Shown here one piece after another: positions 29,153-38,497 of a DNA stretch of 64,000 nucleotides. The notes under the pieces were generated by a model. The model did not search any database. It saw only the letters and a program-made list of their open reading frames with translations, and was not told where the DNA came from. This DNA comes from Clostridiales bacterium (lineage in GTDB: Bacteria > Bacillota > Clostridia > Christensenellales > Pumilibacteraceae), in contig JAFLVE010000012.1 of the NCBI GenBank assembly GCA_022511445.1, forward strand, positions 26,514-90,513, given 5' to 3'. A program made the position numbers and the translations under genes. Numbering within the stretch: position 1 is the first letter of the stretch; every line of letters starts with the position of its first letter.

Positions 29153-29563
29153 ATGGACAGTGACGAGATATTAAGCGCGGTGGTCAAGCGCGCACGCGGC
29201 TATATAGCAATGGAGACAGTGGAAGAGTATGCGGTGGTCGACGGCTCGCTCGAGCTTGTTAAAAAGCGCGTTACCACCAAGGACGTGCCTCCCGACATGA
29301 CCGCCGCAAAAATGCTGTTCGACGACAGCGATTTTTCGTCCATGACGGACGAAATGCTCGAAGCGGAACGAAGGCGTCTCCTCCTCGAGCTCGAACGGGA
29401 AAGCAAAACCGACGACGCTCCAAAGGACGGAAAAGACTCTGAAGCCGCGAATGATACAACGGTCGAAAACGGTCCCGATACCGCAAAGGATAAAGGCGGG
29501 TCGGAGACCTCAAAAAAAACGAGAACTAAAAACCCAAAAGGAAGGGAATATGAAGGTAATTAA
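29153..29563 (+). CDS. acidic small protein, possibly terminase-small-subunit-like
   Basis: VKKRVTTKDVPPDMTAAKMLF resembles the ..PPD.tA...L motif I recall from some Firmicutes TerS proteins. Its position after TerL is atypical. Confidence 0.4.
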   Translation: MDSDEILSAVVKRARGYIAMETVEEYAVVDGSLELVKKRVTTKDVPPDMTAAKMLFDDSDFSSMTDEMLEAERRRLLLELERESKTDDAPKDGKDSEAANDTTVENGPDTAKDKGGSETSKKTRTKNPKGREYEGN

Positions 29564-29828
29564 TTGCAGTAAGAACATTAAGTGCGAGCTTGGCGCGTGC
29601 AAAAACCGCTCCACCCGCGAGATTGTGTTCGACCGCGTGGGAATCCGCGGTCGGATTCACCTGTGCGACAAATGCCTAAGCGAGCTGTATTCGGCGATAG
29701 GCGAGGTCATTGTGCCTAAGTCGGTTGAAACGGCGAAAAAGCGGGACAAGGCGAGTAGCTGTAAAGCCGAGCCCGCGGGCGAGGACGAAGCAATCTCCGG
29801 CAAGCGCGCAAAGGGCGGTGGTAAATGA
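29550..29828 (+). CDS. small Cys-rich (zinc-ribbon-like) phage protein
   Basis: ATG at 29550 follows AAGGAAGGG. Cysteines at C..C....C and CDKC. Confidence 0.45.
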   Translation: MKVINCSKNIKCELGACKNRSTREIVFDRVGIRGRIHLCDKCLSELYSAIGEVIVPKSVETAKKRDKASSCKAEPAGEDEAISGKRAKGGGK

Positions 29829-31675
29829 GACGGGTGTACGAAGAGGATCTCGTTGCGGACATCCGCCGAGACTTTGGCGAGCGCGCCGAAATGCGCCGCC
29901 CGTTTGAAACGCAGTGGCGGCTTAATATTAATTTTTATATAGGCAATCAGTACTGCACCGCGTCGGCAAACGGCGAGATTCGCGACGTCGAGCGCGATTA
30001 CTATTGGCAGGAGCACGAGGTGTTTAATCACATTTCGTCGCTTGTGGAGACGCGCCAAGCAAAGCTTGCAACCGTGCGCCCGTCGCTTACGGTAAGACCG
30101 TTCTCGTCGGACGAGGGCGACGTTAAAACCGCAAAGAGCGCGACAAAGATACTCGCCTCGTCCTGCGACAAGCTCGACATGGACGCGATACTGACTAACG
30201 GAACTATGTGGTCGGAGATTTGCGGCACGGCGTTCTACTACGTCGGTTGGGACGACAGCGCGGGGCTTAAGATTTCGGACGGAGTGTACGAGGGCGACGT
30301 GTGCGTAAAGGTTATCTCGCCGTTCGAGATTTATCCCGACAGCATTTTCGCGCAGAACGTTAACGACTGCCGTTCGATAATCCGCGCCCGCGCAATCGAC
30401 GTAAACGAGATTAAGCGCGTTTACGGTAAGACGGTTAAGCCGGAGTCGAGCGACGTCATCGACCTTATGACGGTGCCTGTCGGCGGCGGGCTTACCGCGG
30501 AGAGCGCGCTTAATAAGCTTGCGACGAAGCGGTCGGACAACACCGCCGTTGTTATCGAGCGGTATTCGCTCCCCACCGCGGACAAGCCGGACGGAGAGTA
30601 TGCCGTTATAGCGGGCGGAACGCTTCTTTACTACGGCCCGCTCCCGTACATAAACGGCGTGGACGGTAAGCGCACCTTCCCGTTCGTAAAGCAGGTCGCG
30701 CTCGAAAACGCGGGGTGTTTTTTCGGAACGAGCATAGTCGAGCGGTCGATCCCCATTCAGCGCGCGTACAACGCCGTTAAAAACAGAAAGCACGAGTTTT
30801 TGAACAGGCTGTCTATGGGCGTAATGGCCGTTGAGGACGGCTCTGTCGATATGGATAACCTCGAGCAAGAGGGTATCTCTCCGGGCAAAATCCTCGTCTA
30901 CCGCCAGGGCGCAACGCCGCCGCGCATGATAGACTGCGGCGCTATCCCGAGCGGATTCGAGGCGGAGGAGAGCAGGCTTCTCAGCGAGTTTACGCAAATA
31001 TCTGGCGTAAGCGAGATAATGCGCTCCTCCCAAACCCCCGCAAGCACAATGAGCGGCGTGGCGCTTCAGCTTTTAATAGAGCAGGACGACACGAGGCTTT
31101 CGCTTTCCGCCGAGTATATCCGCCTTTCCGCGCGCGAGATTGCGCGGCATATCCTAAGGCTTTACAAGCAGTTCGGCTCTGACGCGCGGCTCAGCCGAAT
31201 CGTAGGCTCGGGCGGGCGAATAGAGCTTATACGCTGGTCGGCGTCCGACATCTCGAGCGACGACGTCGTGTTCGAAACGGACAACGAGCTTCTTTCAACT
31301 CCCGCAATGCGCCAAAACATGATGTTCGAGCTTTACAAGCTCGGGCTGTTGTTCGACGAAAACGGCGCTATGTCGGACGGAGCGCGGCACAGGTTTTTGG
31401 AGGCGCTCGGCTACGGCGGCTGGGACAGCGATATGGATTTGAGCGGAATCCAAAAGAACCGCGCCGAGGAAGAAAACTACAAAGGCAAGTTCGAAGTGGG
31501 CGAGTTCGACGATCACGACCTGCATATCGATACGCATATAAAATACCTTCTTACCGACTGCCCCGCGGGCAAGAGGGCGGAAAAGGTTAAGGCGCACATA
31601 CAAGAGCACCGTATGGCGATAGAAAGAGAAAAGATGAACGCCGTGCAGCCCGAGCAAAGGAGTGAAATTAAATGA
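29825..31675 (+). CDS. phage portal protein
   Basis: 616 aa, immediately after the terminase module. N-terminal ...ETQWRLNINFYIGNQY pattern typical of portals. Overlapping start and stop codons with both neighbours. Confidence 0.7.
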   Translation: MRRVYEEDLVADIRRDFGERAEMRRPFETQWRLNINFYIGNQYCTASANGEIRDVERDYYWQEHEVFNHISSLVETRQAKLATVRPSLTVRPFSSDEGDVKTAKSATKILASSCDKLDMDAILTNGTMWSEICGTAFYYVGWDDSAGLKISDGVYEGDVCVKVISPFEIYPDSIFAQNVNDCRSIIRARAIDVNEIKRVYGKTVKPESSDVIDLMTVPVGGGLTAESALNKLATKRSDNTAVVIERYSLPTADKPDGEYAVIAGGTLLYYGPLPYINGVDGKRTFPFVKQVALENAGCFFGTSIVERSIPIQRAYNAVKNRKHEFLNRLSMGVMAVEDGSVDMDNLEQEGISPGKILVYRQGATPPRMIDCGAIPSGFEAEESRLLSEFTQISGVSEIMRSSQTPASTMSGVALQLLIEQDDTRLSLSAEYIRLSAREIARHILRLYKQFGSDARLSRIVGSGGRIELIRWSASDISSDDVVFETDNELLSTPAMRQNMMFELYKLGLLFDENGAMSDGARHRFLEALGYGGWDSDMDLSGIQKNRAEEENYKGKFEVGEFDDHDLHIDTHIKYLLTDCPAGKRAEKVKAHIQEHRMAIEREKMNAVQPEQRSEIK

Positions 31676-32235
31676 AAGAAAAAGAGACTACCCCCGCTCC
31701 GAGCGGGGAGACGGAAATAAATACAGGCAAGTTCAAGTCGGCAGAAGAATTGCTTTCGGCTTATAACGCGCTCGAACGCGAATTCACCAAGCGCTGTCAG
31801 CTTATAAGTAAGCTACAAGCGGCGTTGTCTTCGCGCGACGGCTCGCAAGCCCAAGCGGCGGACGGGGGCTCGGACAGCACCGAGACCGAATGCGAAAAGA
31901 CCGCCGACAAAAGCGACGGCGCGGACGGTCAGATAAACGTCTTAATGCAAAACGAAAAAGTAAAGACCGACGCGCAGAGCGAAATAGATACCTTTAAAAA
32001 GCGGCGCGAGGCGACCTGCCCCGATAACGCCGCAGAGTACGCAATATCCCATGCCGAGGAGCTGTCGGCTATCCCCGAGGTAATGGCGGCGTGCATAGAA
32101 AGGTACAAACGGAAAATTATTGCGGCGGGGAGTGTTCCGTCGCCCGAGGGCATGGCGGTGATCGTGCCCGCGAAGCGACCTAAGACCCTCGCCGACGCGA
32201 AGCTGCTCGCCGACAGCATGCTCGATAAATTCTAA
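31672..32235 (+). CDS. putative scaffolding protein
   Basis: Acidic, helical, 187 aa, located between the portal and capsid genes. Confidence 0.5.
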   Translation: MKEKETTPAPSGETEINTGKFKSAEELLSAYNALEREFTKRCQLISKLQAALSSRDGSQAQAADGGSDSTETECEKTADKSDGADGQINVLMQNEKVKTDAQSEIDTFKKRREATCPDNAAEYAISHAEELSAIPEVMAACIERYKRKIIAAGSVPSPEGMAVIVPAKRPKTLADAKLLADSMLDKF

Positions 32236-32248
32236 AAAGGAGATAAAA

Positions 32249-33397
32249 ATGATAACTTTACAGAACGCGGAAAACGCATTAAAAACCGTGTACCTCGGTA
32301 CCGTTACCGAGTTACTCAACACAAGAAGCAATCCGTTGCTTTCCAAGATAGAACAGACCTCCGCCGACGTGTGGGGCAAGGAGATACGCACCGCAGCCAA
32401 GTTCGGCATTAACGGCGGCGTAGGCGCGGGCGACGAGGACGGAGAGCTCCCCGGCGCGTACGGCAACAACTATTTGCAGTTTGTCACCACGCTTAAAAAC
32501 CTTTACGGTCAGATAGAAATTTCGGACAAGGCGATTCGCGCTTCGGCGGACGGCAGAGGAGCGTTTACCGACCTTCTCAACGCCGAGCTCGAAGGACTTC
32601 TCGCCGCGTCCAAGTTTAACCTCGGCCGCATGCTTTACGGCGACGGCACCGGCAAGCTTTGCACGTTTACCTCGGCGTCGGGCGGCGTAAAGTGCGACAA
32701 CGCACGCAACCTTATCGAGGGGCTTGTGGTGGACGTGTACGCTTCGGGCGGAAGCAAAAAGGGCACCGACAGAATCAGATACGTAGACCGCGCAAACAAG
32801 ACGGTCACCTTCGAGGGCAGCTCGATAACCCTTGCCGACGGCGATACTATGTACGTTCAGGGCTCCAAGGACAAGGAGATTACGGGTATCGGCGCGCTGT
32901 TCGAGGGCAGCTCCATTTACGGCGTGGAAAAGTCGGCGCATCCCTTCCTCAATCCGTACACCAAAAACGTGGGCGGCGAGATGGACGAGATGGTCATTCA
33001 GGAGGCAATCGACGCGCTCGAAAACGAGGCGGGCTCCACCGTCGACTTTATCTCGTGTGCGCAGGAGGTTAAATACTCGTTTATAGACTACCTCTCGTCA
33101 TTTAAGCGCAACGTCGACTTTATGGAGCTTGACGGCGGGTTTAAGACCATTTCGTACAACGGCATTCCGCTCGTTTACGACAGGTTTGTGCCCGACGGCA
33201 CCATGTACCTTTTGAACACCAAGGCGTTTAAGCTGCATCAGCTTTGCGACTGGCGCTTCCTCGAAACCGAAAACGGCAAGATTCTCCGCCAGAACCAGGG
33301 CAAGCCGACTTACACTGCGACGCTCGTCAAGTACTGCGACCTTATCTGCTCCAAGCCTAACGGTCAGGCAAAGCTTACCGGCATAGTGCGCGGATGA
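32249..33397 (+). CDS. major capsid protein (HK97-fold type inferred)
   Basis: 382 aa in the canonical position after the scaffold gene. Strong AAGGAG ribosome-binding site. Composition is typical of major capsid proteins. Confidence 0.7.
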   Translation: MITLQNAENALKTVYLGTVTELLNTRSNPLLSKIEQTSADVWGKEIRTAAKFGINGGVGAGDEDGELPGAYGNNYLQFVTTLKNLYGQIEISDKAIRASADGRGAFTDLLNAELEGLLAASKFNLGRMLYGDGTGKLCTFTSASGGVKCDNARNLIEGLVVDVYASGGSKKGTDRIRYVDRANKTVTFEGSSITLADGDTMYVQGSKDKEITGIGALFEGSSIYGVEKSAHPFLNPYTKNVGGEMDEMVIQEAIDALENEAGSTVDFISCAQEVKYSFIDYLSSFKRNVDFMELDGGFKTISYNGIPLVYDRFVPDGTMYLLNTKAFKLHQLCDWRFLETENGKILRQNQGKPTYTATLVKYCDLICSKPNGQAKLTGIVRG

Positions 33398-33714
33398 TAG
33401 GTAACGGGAGAGTTATAGACGACGATTTGTTCGGGATAGCGGGGCGGCTTAAAAGCATAGACGACGGGTACTATATCGTGCTCAATTACAAAACCGGCAA
33501 GTTCGAGGTGCACAACAGCAAGTGTGCGCCTCGAACACTTTGCCTCGTTCTGCCTTTCGAGACGCTCGACGAGCGCACCGTGCGTAAAGTAAACATGACG
33601 CGCGCGGAGCGAATCAAGGAGCTTTTGGCACAGGCGGAGCGAGATAACGAGCTGCTCGAGCGGAGAAGCAAGGCCGCCGCGCTTGACCGAATTTTATCTA
33701 AAGTCGGAGGATGA
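33394..33714 (+). CDS. hypothetical phage head-associated protein
   Basis: Overlaps the capsid stop codon; 106 aa. Confidence 0.5.
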   Translation: MIGNGRVIDDDLFGIAGRLKSIDDGYYIVLNYKTGKFEVHNSKCAPRTLCLVLPFETLDERTVRKVNMTRAERIKELLAQAERDNELLERRSKAAALDRILSKVGG

Positions 33715-33715
33715 T

Positions 33716-34267
33716 ATGACACTAAAGGATATAGCGGTTGCCGCCGCGGTGATATTGCAGGCGGACGACATAGAGTACGCGCTTACCGAAGGAGATAAGA
33801 CCGATTTCGAAAAGGACGGCGACCTTAAGTGTATGCTGTGTTCCGCCAATCTTGCCGTAAAAGAGGCGTGCGCCGACGGGTTTCCCATACTTCGCGAGGT
33901 GGAAGCCGTGGCGGAAAACAAGCGCATACCCCTTTCCGCCGTACCTAATGCGGACTCGATAAAGTCGGTTGTGCGCAGTAATAAACGCTGTTCGTTTTGC
34001 GTGGATAACCGCGGTATCTCCGTTCCGAGGGACGGGCGGTATACCGTGGTGTACTCCGAGGCGCCGCGCGATCTTTCGGCGGACGACGAGGTTACGGTAG
34101 GAGTCTTCGGCGATAAAAGCATGCTCGCTTATCTTACCGCGCGCGACTACTGCCTTATGACCGGGCGCACGGACGAGGCGGCTATATGGGATCAAAGATA
34201 CGTCGCCGAGTCCGAAAAGCGCAGACTTAAGGTGCGCGCCTACCTCCCCGCAAGGGAATGGCGATAG
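33716..34267 (+). CDS. hypothetical phage protein (head-completion/adaptor-sized)
   Basis: ATG at 33716 lies 5 nt after a GGAGG and 1 nt after the upstream stop codon. Confidence 0.5.
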   Translation: MTLKDIAVAAAVILQADDIEYALTEGDKTDFEKDGDLKCMLCSANLAVKEACADGFPILREVEAVAENKRIPLSAVPNADSIKSVVRSNKRCSFCVDNRGISVPRDGRYTVVYSEAPRDLSADDEVTVGVFGDKSMLAYLTARDYCLMTGRTDEAAIWDQRYVAESEKRRLKVRAYLPAREWR

Positions 34268-34282
34268 AAAGAGGAGAAAAAC

Positions 34283-35680
34283 ATGGGAGCAATGAAAATA
34301 CCGTCGCGGGCGAGGTACCGTAAGCGCGTGGGCGCTTTTTCCGCAATGAACGTTTCGAAGGACGAGAGCGTCCTCGATTTTTCGACTGCGGCGGAATGCT
34401 ACAACTTCGATTTTTCGACGGGTGCGCTCGCCGACGGCTACGGCGTTACCGCTCATAAGTTCGTTCCGAGCAACGCGACGCGGTACTGGGTTTACAGATA
34501 TTATTCGGAGGAGCACGAAAGGTACGTCGAGCAGTTTGTCTACCAGGTAGCGCGAGGGCAAATTCTCATGTCGAGCGTAGACAGCGACGATCTGCTGTAC
34601 TTGTCCGGCTTTGCCTATCCCGAGATGAACGCCATAAATTACAGGCTCAACTCCAGGGACGTGCTCCTTCTCTCGTGCAAGGGCAGGCACCTTTACGTGT
34701 GGGACGGCGTGCGCCTCGTCGAGCACAAGGACGCGCCCGTCATCTCGTCTATGGCGCTTCACTACGAGCGCCTTTTCGTAACGAGCGACGAGGAGCCGAC
34801 AAAGGTGTTTTTCTCGGACGACCTCGACCCGACCAACTGGTCCGTAAGCTCGGGCGGAGCGGGATTTATAGAGCTTCTCGACGAGCGCGGCGATCTTACC
34901 AAGGTGGTGTCGTTCGGCGGGTTCCTTTACTTGTTCCGCGAGCACGGGATAAGCCGCGTCACCGCGTACGCCGATCAGAGCGAGTTTTCGGTCACCAATC
35001 TGTTCGTGTCAGCGGGCAGAATTTTTCCCGAGAGCATTGTCATGTGCGGAGCCGTTATAATGTTTTTGGCGTCCGACGGACTGTACGTGTTCGACGGCTA
35101 CGAGTGCAGAAAAACGCTTAAAAACCTCGACGGATTGTTCGGCGCCAAGTGCTCGTGCGGCGAATACTACAACGGAAAATACTACCTGTCGTGCGAGATG
35201 AACTTTTCGGACGGCGAAAAGGTCGGCTGCGAAAACGGGGAGTACACCACCAACGGGCTTCTCGTCTACGACCTGTCTACGGGCGCGTACTCCGTATCGC
35301 GCGGGGTGGACATTTCGTATTTAAAGTCGGTGTCGTACAAAGGGCTCGATTACCTCGTGGCGTGCGATTCGGACGGGTGCGGCGTTATCGACCGCTGCGG
35401 CAGTCGGCTCTCGGGCGCTCTTCACAAGCTGTGGCGCGGCCCGTTTACCGACTTCGGCACGCCCGACAAAACCAAGTCCGTGCGCGAGGTGTACTTTGAC
35501 GGAAGCGTGCCGTGTACGCTTACCGTTACGGGCGACAAAAAGAAAAAGAGCGCTTTCGTTAAGTCGGGCGCGCGGCGGCTCCGCACCAACGTCAATACTA
35601 AAAAGCTCGCCCTGTCCATATCTACGGACGAGGTCGGTTGCTCAATCAAGGCGCCCACGGTAATCTACTCGAGCTATTAA
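34283..35680 (+). CDS. hypothetical 465-aa phage structural-like protein
   Basis: Beta-rich composition. It is the largest ORF after the capsid gene. No tail-fibre or tape-measure signature is seen. Confidence 0.55.
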   Translation: MGAMKIPSRARYRKRVGAFSAMNVSKDESVLDFSTAAECYNFDFSTGALADGYGVTAHKFVPSNATRYWVYRYYSEEHERYVEQFVYQVARGQILMSSVDSDDLLYLSGFAYPEMNAINYRLNSRDVLLLSCKGRHLYVWDGVRLVEHKDAPVISSMALHYERLFVTSDEEPTKVFFSDDLDPTNWSVSSGGAGFIELLDERGDLTKVVSFGGFLYLFREHGISRVTAYADQSEFSVTNLFVSAGRIFPESIVMCGAVIMFLASDGLYVFDGYECRKTLKNLDGLFGAKCSCGEYYNGKYYLSCEMNFSDGEKVGCENGEYTTNGLLVYDLSTGAYSVSRGVDISYLKSVSYKGLDYLVACDSDGCGVIDRCGSRLSGALHKLWRGPFTDFGTPDKTKSVREVYFDGSVPCTLTVTGDKKKKSAFVKSGARRLRTNVNTKKLALSISTDEVGCSIKAPTVIYSSY

Positions 35681-35689
35681 GGAGGCGTT

Positions 35690-36016
35690 ATGGATAAAAT
35701 AAACCGCGCGCTTCTCGACATAGACGACATTCGCTCCCGCCAGCAGTCGATGGAGCGCAAGCTTTCCCCCATTGTTATCGAGGGGAAAAAGTCGAACGGG
35801 GGAATTTCGTTCGGCGTTATCGAGGCGAGCCATACGGCGCTTGTCGTCTCGTTCGAGGGCGGGAACGGAACTCTTACATTTAACGGCGTGACGGTGGGGG
35901 AAGGAATCAGCCCTATCGTTGCCGCCGTGAACGGAACGGGCGAGCTCGTTCTTGAAGGAATTATAGTTAGTGCCCGTGCGCTCGTTTTGGGCGCGAAAGT
36001 AAAAACGGGCGCGTGA
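35690..36016 (+). CDS. hypothetical phage protein
   Basis: AAGGAGG ribosome-binding site; 108 aa. Confidence 0.5.
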   Translation: MDKINRALLDIDDIRSRQQSMERKLSPIVIEGKKSNGGISFGVIEASHTALVVSFEGGNGTLTFNGVTVGEGISPIVAAVNGTGELVLEGIIVSARALVLGAKVKTGA

Positions 36017-36026
36017 GGATATTAAT

Positions 36027-36305
36027 ATGAACGAAGTAATTTCAACGGTGGTCGCAAACGGGATTTGGGCTATGCTGTTCGTCTTTTTGCTCGTGTACGA
36101 GCTTAAGGACAGCCGTAAGCGCGAAACCCGCTACACGCTGACCATTCAGGCATTGTCCGACAGACTTTCCGCCGTTAACGAGATTAAACTCGATTCGAAG
36201 GATATCAAGTCGGACACGGACAGTATAAAATCGGATACCGGGCGCATTCTCGTCGCCGTCGAAAAACGACGGGAGCGTTCGCCAAAAAGCGAGGGCGCGG
36301 TATGA
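36027..36305 (+). CDS. BhlA/UviB-like holin
   Basis: A single N-terminal TM helix (NGIWAMLFVFLLVYEL) followed by KDSRKRE and a coiled tail, as in the BhlA family. Confidence 0.55.
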   Translation: MNEVISTVVANGIWAMLFVFLLVYELKDSRKRETRYTLTIQALSDRLSAVNEIKLDSKDIKSDTDSIKSDTGRILVAVEKRRERSPKSEGAV

Positions 36306-36362
36306 TTTTTCAATTTAATAGGACGGCGGTAACCGTCGACTGACTCGGCAAGGAGGATAACA

Positions 36363-37220
36363 ATGAACGATTACGAAAAATGGGAATCGAGGCGGAAACT
36401 CGAGGACGAGATTTTGGCGCTCGAGGAGGAAAGCGCCGCAAAAAAGGGGAACACAACCATTCCCGAAACAAAGCTTTCCGAAAAAACCTACGACGCGCCG
36501 AGCGACGACGAATTAAAGTCGTCCGCCGAAAGCAGTCTCGAGGACTACAAAAAGAACGGTATCGACTCCATCAACGAGTCGAGCGCCAACAGCGAGAAGG
36601 AGCTTAATAACAAGCGCGATACGGTGGAGAACAATATGAACGGCGCCCTGTCCGCGCTCGAAGGCGACTACGCCGCCGCGGCGGAAAGGATAGATAACGA
36701 CGTGATAAGACGGGGGCTTGCGCGCTCGTCCATCGCCGTTACCGGTAAAGCCGATCTCGAGCGGGACTATTTGACGCGCGCCGACAATATTCGCAGCGGG
36801 TACACGAAACAGCTCGACGATCTTGACACGGAAATAAGCGCGATAGGCACCAAGCTGAAACAGGCGCTCGACGACTTTAACCTGAGCTACGCGGCAAAGC
36901 TTAACGAAAAGCTTGCCTCGCTCAAGGCGGAGCGCGCGAAAAAGCAGGAAGAGGTGCTCGAATACAATAACGAGATTCGCGCCAAGCAGGCGGAGCTCGA
37001 CAGAAAGCGTATCGAGACCGAAAGCAAAATCAACGGCGACAAAAGTCTGACGAAGGACGAACAGGATTTGCTCGACAAGGCGGTTTACGCTAAGTTCGAC
37101 GCATACCTTGCGACAATGAACAAGACCGACGCTCGGCTCGAAATCCGCAATCATTCGCTGTACCAAAAGCACCTTTCGCCCCTTTACTACTACATGCTTT
37201 TCGATAAGTACGGGAGGTAA
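36363..37220 (+). CDS. coiled-coil hypothetical protein
   Basis: 285 aa, E/K/L-rich heptads, AAGGAGG ribosome-binding site. Confidence 0.55.
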   Translation: MNDYEKWESRRKLEDEILALEEESAAKKGNTTIPETKLSEKTYDAPSDDELKSSAESSLEDYKKNGIDSINESSANSEKELNNKRDTVENNMNGALSALEGDYAAAAERIDNDVIRRGLARSSIAVTGKADLERDYLTRADNIRSGYTKQLDDLDTEISAIGTKLKQALDDFNLSYAAKLNEKLASLKAERAKKQEEVLEYNNEIRAKQAELDRKRIETESKINGDKSLTKDEQDLLDKAVYAKFDAYLATMNKTDARLEIRNHSLYQKHLSPLYYYMLFDKYGR

Positions 37221-37221
37221 C

Positions 37222-37602
37222 ATGACTAAAATAAAGGAACGAATGAAAAATATCGGGTTTTGGATAAGCCTCGTCAGCTCCGTTATGCTTATACTCGGCG
37301 CATTCGGCGTGGAGATAGGGGACGAGACGGTGTCCGCGGTCATTAACGGCGTGGCAAGCTTCCTCGTCGTCTGCGGAATCGTATCCGACCCGACGAGCGG
37401 CAAGGGCTACCTCGACAAGCTTTCCGGCGTTCTCGACGCCGCGGAAAACGCGGATATTTCCGTCGCCACCGCCATAAAGTCCGCGCTCGGCGAAATGCAG
37501 TCCAAGCAAGAGCAGGATTCGGATAACACCGATACGCCCAAAGGGGAAGAAAAGGGCGACGAAAAAAACGACGAAAAAAACGACGAAAGTAAAAGTGAAT
37601 AG
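37222..37602 (+). CDS. phi-LC3-type phage holin with acidic tail
   Basis: KNIGFWISLVSSVMLILGAFG...VASFLVVCGIVSDPTSGKG matches the two-TM pattern of this holin family. Confidence 0.6.
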   Translation: MTKIKERMKNIGFWISLVSSVMLILGAFGVEIGDETVSAVINGVASFLVVCGIVSDPTSGKGYLDKLSGVLDAAENADISVATAIKSALGEMQSKQEQDSDNTDTPKGEEKGDEKNDEKNDESKSE

Positions 37603-37880
37603 CGTATTATAAGGAAGAGATTCTTCGCTTTCTCGGAACGGTAACAAGTAAAGATTTTTGCGCATAAAGCAAATTATCTTTTTGTCATTCCGAGGCTTTG
37701 CCGAAGAATCTCATCTTTTTTTGCCCTACCGCTTGAATCGAATTTAACTATAATATATAATTAAGGAGAAGTTAACGAAAGAACTGAACGCCGCTGCCGA
37801 ACAGATAAATCTGTTGTTGTAACAACCGGCTGGATGGTTAGACCTAACGGCCTAATAACCTGTAATACACCATTTGGAGA

Positions 37881-38378
37881 TTGATAACAATGCAAATAAG
37901 TGATTATGTAAGACTAATAAACGATACCGAAGAATTAAGCGCAAAAAACATCTTTAAGGGTTTTGACGGTATTCTGGTATCTTATATAAGTGCAACCGAC
38001 GAGTGGGTAGTGGAGTTTTTTGACAGCTATAACTTCGGTGAGTTTGCGGTTGCTAAGGCAAAAACAAAAGACTTAGAGTATACCGGACCTTATACACCCG
38101 AATTGTTGGATGAGTTTTTAGAGGAAATTAAAAGCCCCGATTTTTACACTCACACTCAATTAAAGCCGCCTAAATTCAAGGAATACGACAGGGTAATAAT
38201 AACAAAAGTTAAACCCGAGTACGAAAAACATGGGGTCAAAAAGGGGATGCACGGTTGTATTGCAAGTACCTATGCCATAAGAAGTAAATGGAACGTTTTG
38301 GTTTCTGTAAAACCCTCGTATGATGCAGATATAGACGTCCATGAGGATGATATGGAGTTGGTGAAAAATATATTGTAG
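37881..38378 (+). CDS. AT-rich orphan ORF with tandem DUF4926-like (SH3-like) modules
   Basis: EYDRVIITKVKPEYEKHGVKKGMHGCIAS...VLVSV...IDVHEDDMELV resembles DUF4926. GC is visibly lower than in the flanks. Confidence 0.45.
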   Translation: MITMQISDYVRLINDTEELSAKNIFKGFDGILVSYISATDEWVVEFFDSYNFGEFAVAKAKTKDLEYTGPYTPELLDEFLEEIKSPDFYTHTQLKPPKFKEYDRVIITKVKPEYEKHGVKKGMHGCIASTYAIRSKWNVLVSVKPSYDADIDVHEDDMELVKNIL

Positions 38379-38441
38379 CTTTGCATAGTCAAGCCGTAGC
38401 AACCAAACAGCGCCATGCGAAAATTCTTTGTATGATTTGAC

Positions 38442-38470
38442 TTGACAAAACTTTGTATCGGCGTTATTAT
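38442..38470 (+). promoter_or_regulatory. sigma-A-type promoter (TTGACA-17-TATTAT) for mscL
   Basis: Consensus -35, 17-nt spacer, 27 nt upstream of the start codon. Confidence 0.55.
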
Positions 38471-38497
38471 ATTCGTAGTAAATCAAGGAGAAAAATC

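Larger units (their letters stand above)
27736..37602 (+). mobile_element. phage-derived head/packaging island without recognisable tail, lysin, replication or integrase genes
   Basis: A co-directional, tightly packed run of terminase, portal, scaffold, capsid, small head-completion-sized ORFs and two holin-like genes. It is bounded by the SH3 gene on the left and a repeat module plus an AT-rich ORF on the right. Confidence 0.6.

Noticed and set aside
29657-34945. Long minus-strand ORFs (458 aa at 29657-31033, 407 aa at 33722-34945, 209 aa at 32312-32941) inside the phage island
   Set aside because: They are antisense to tightly packed plus-strand structural genes that have ribosome-binding sites and start/stop overlaps. 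Their composition is Arg/Ala-rich.
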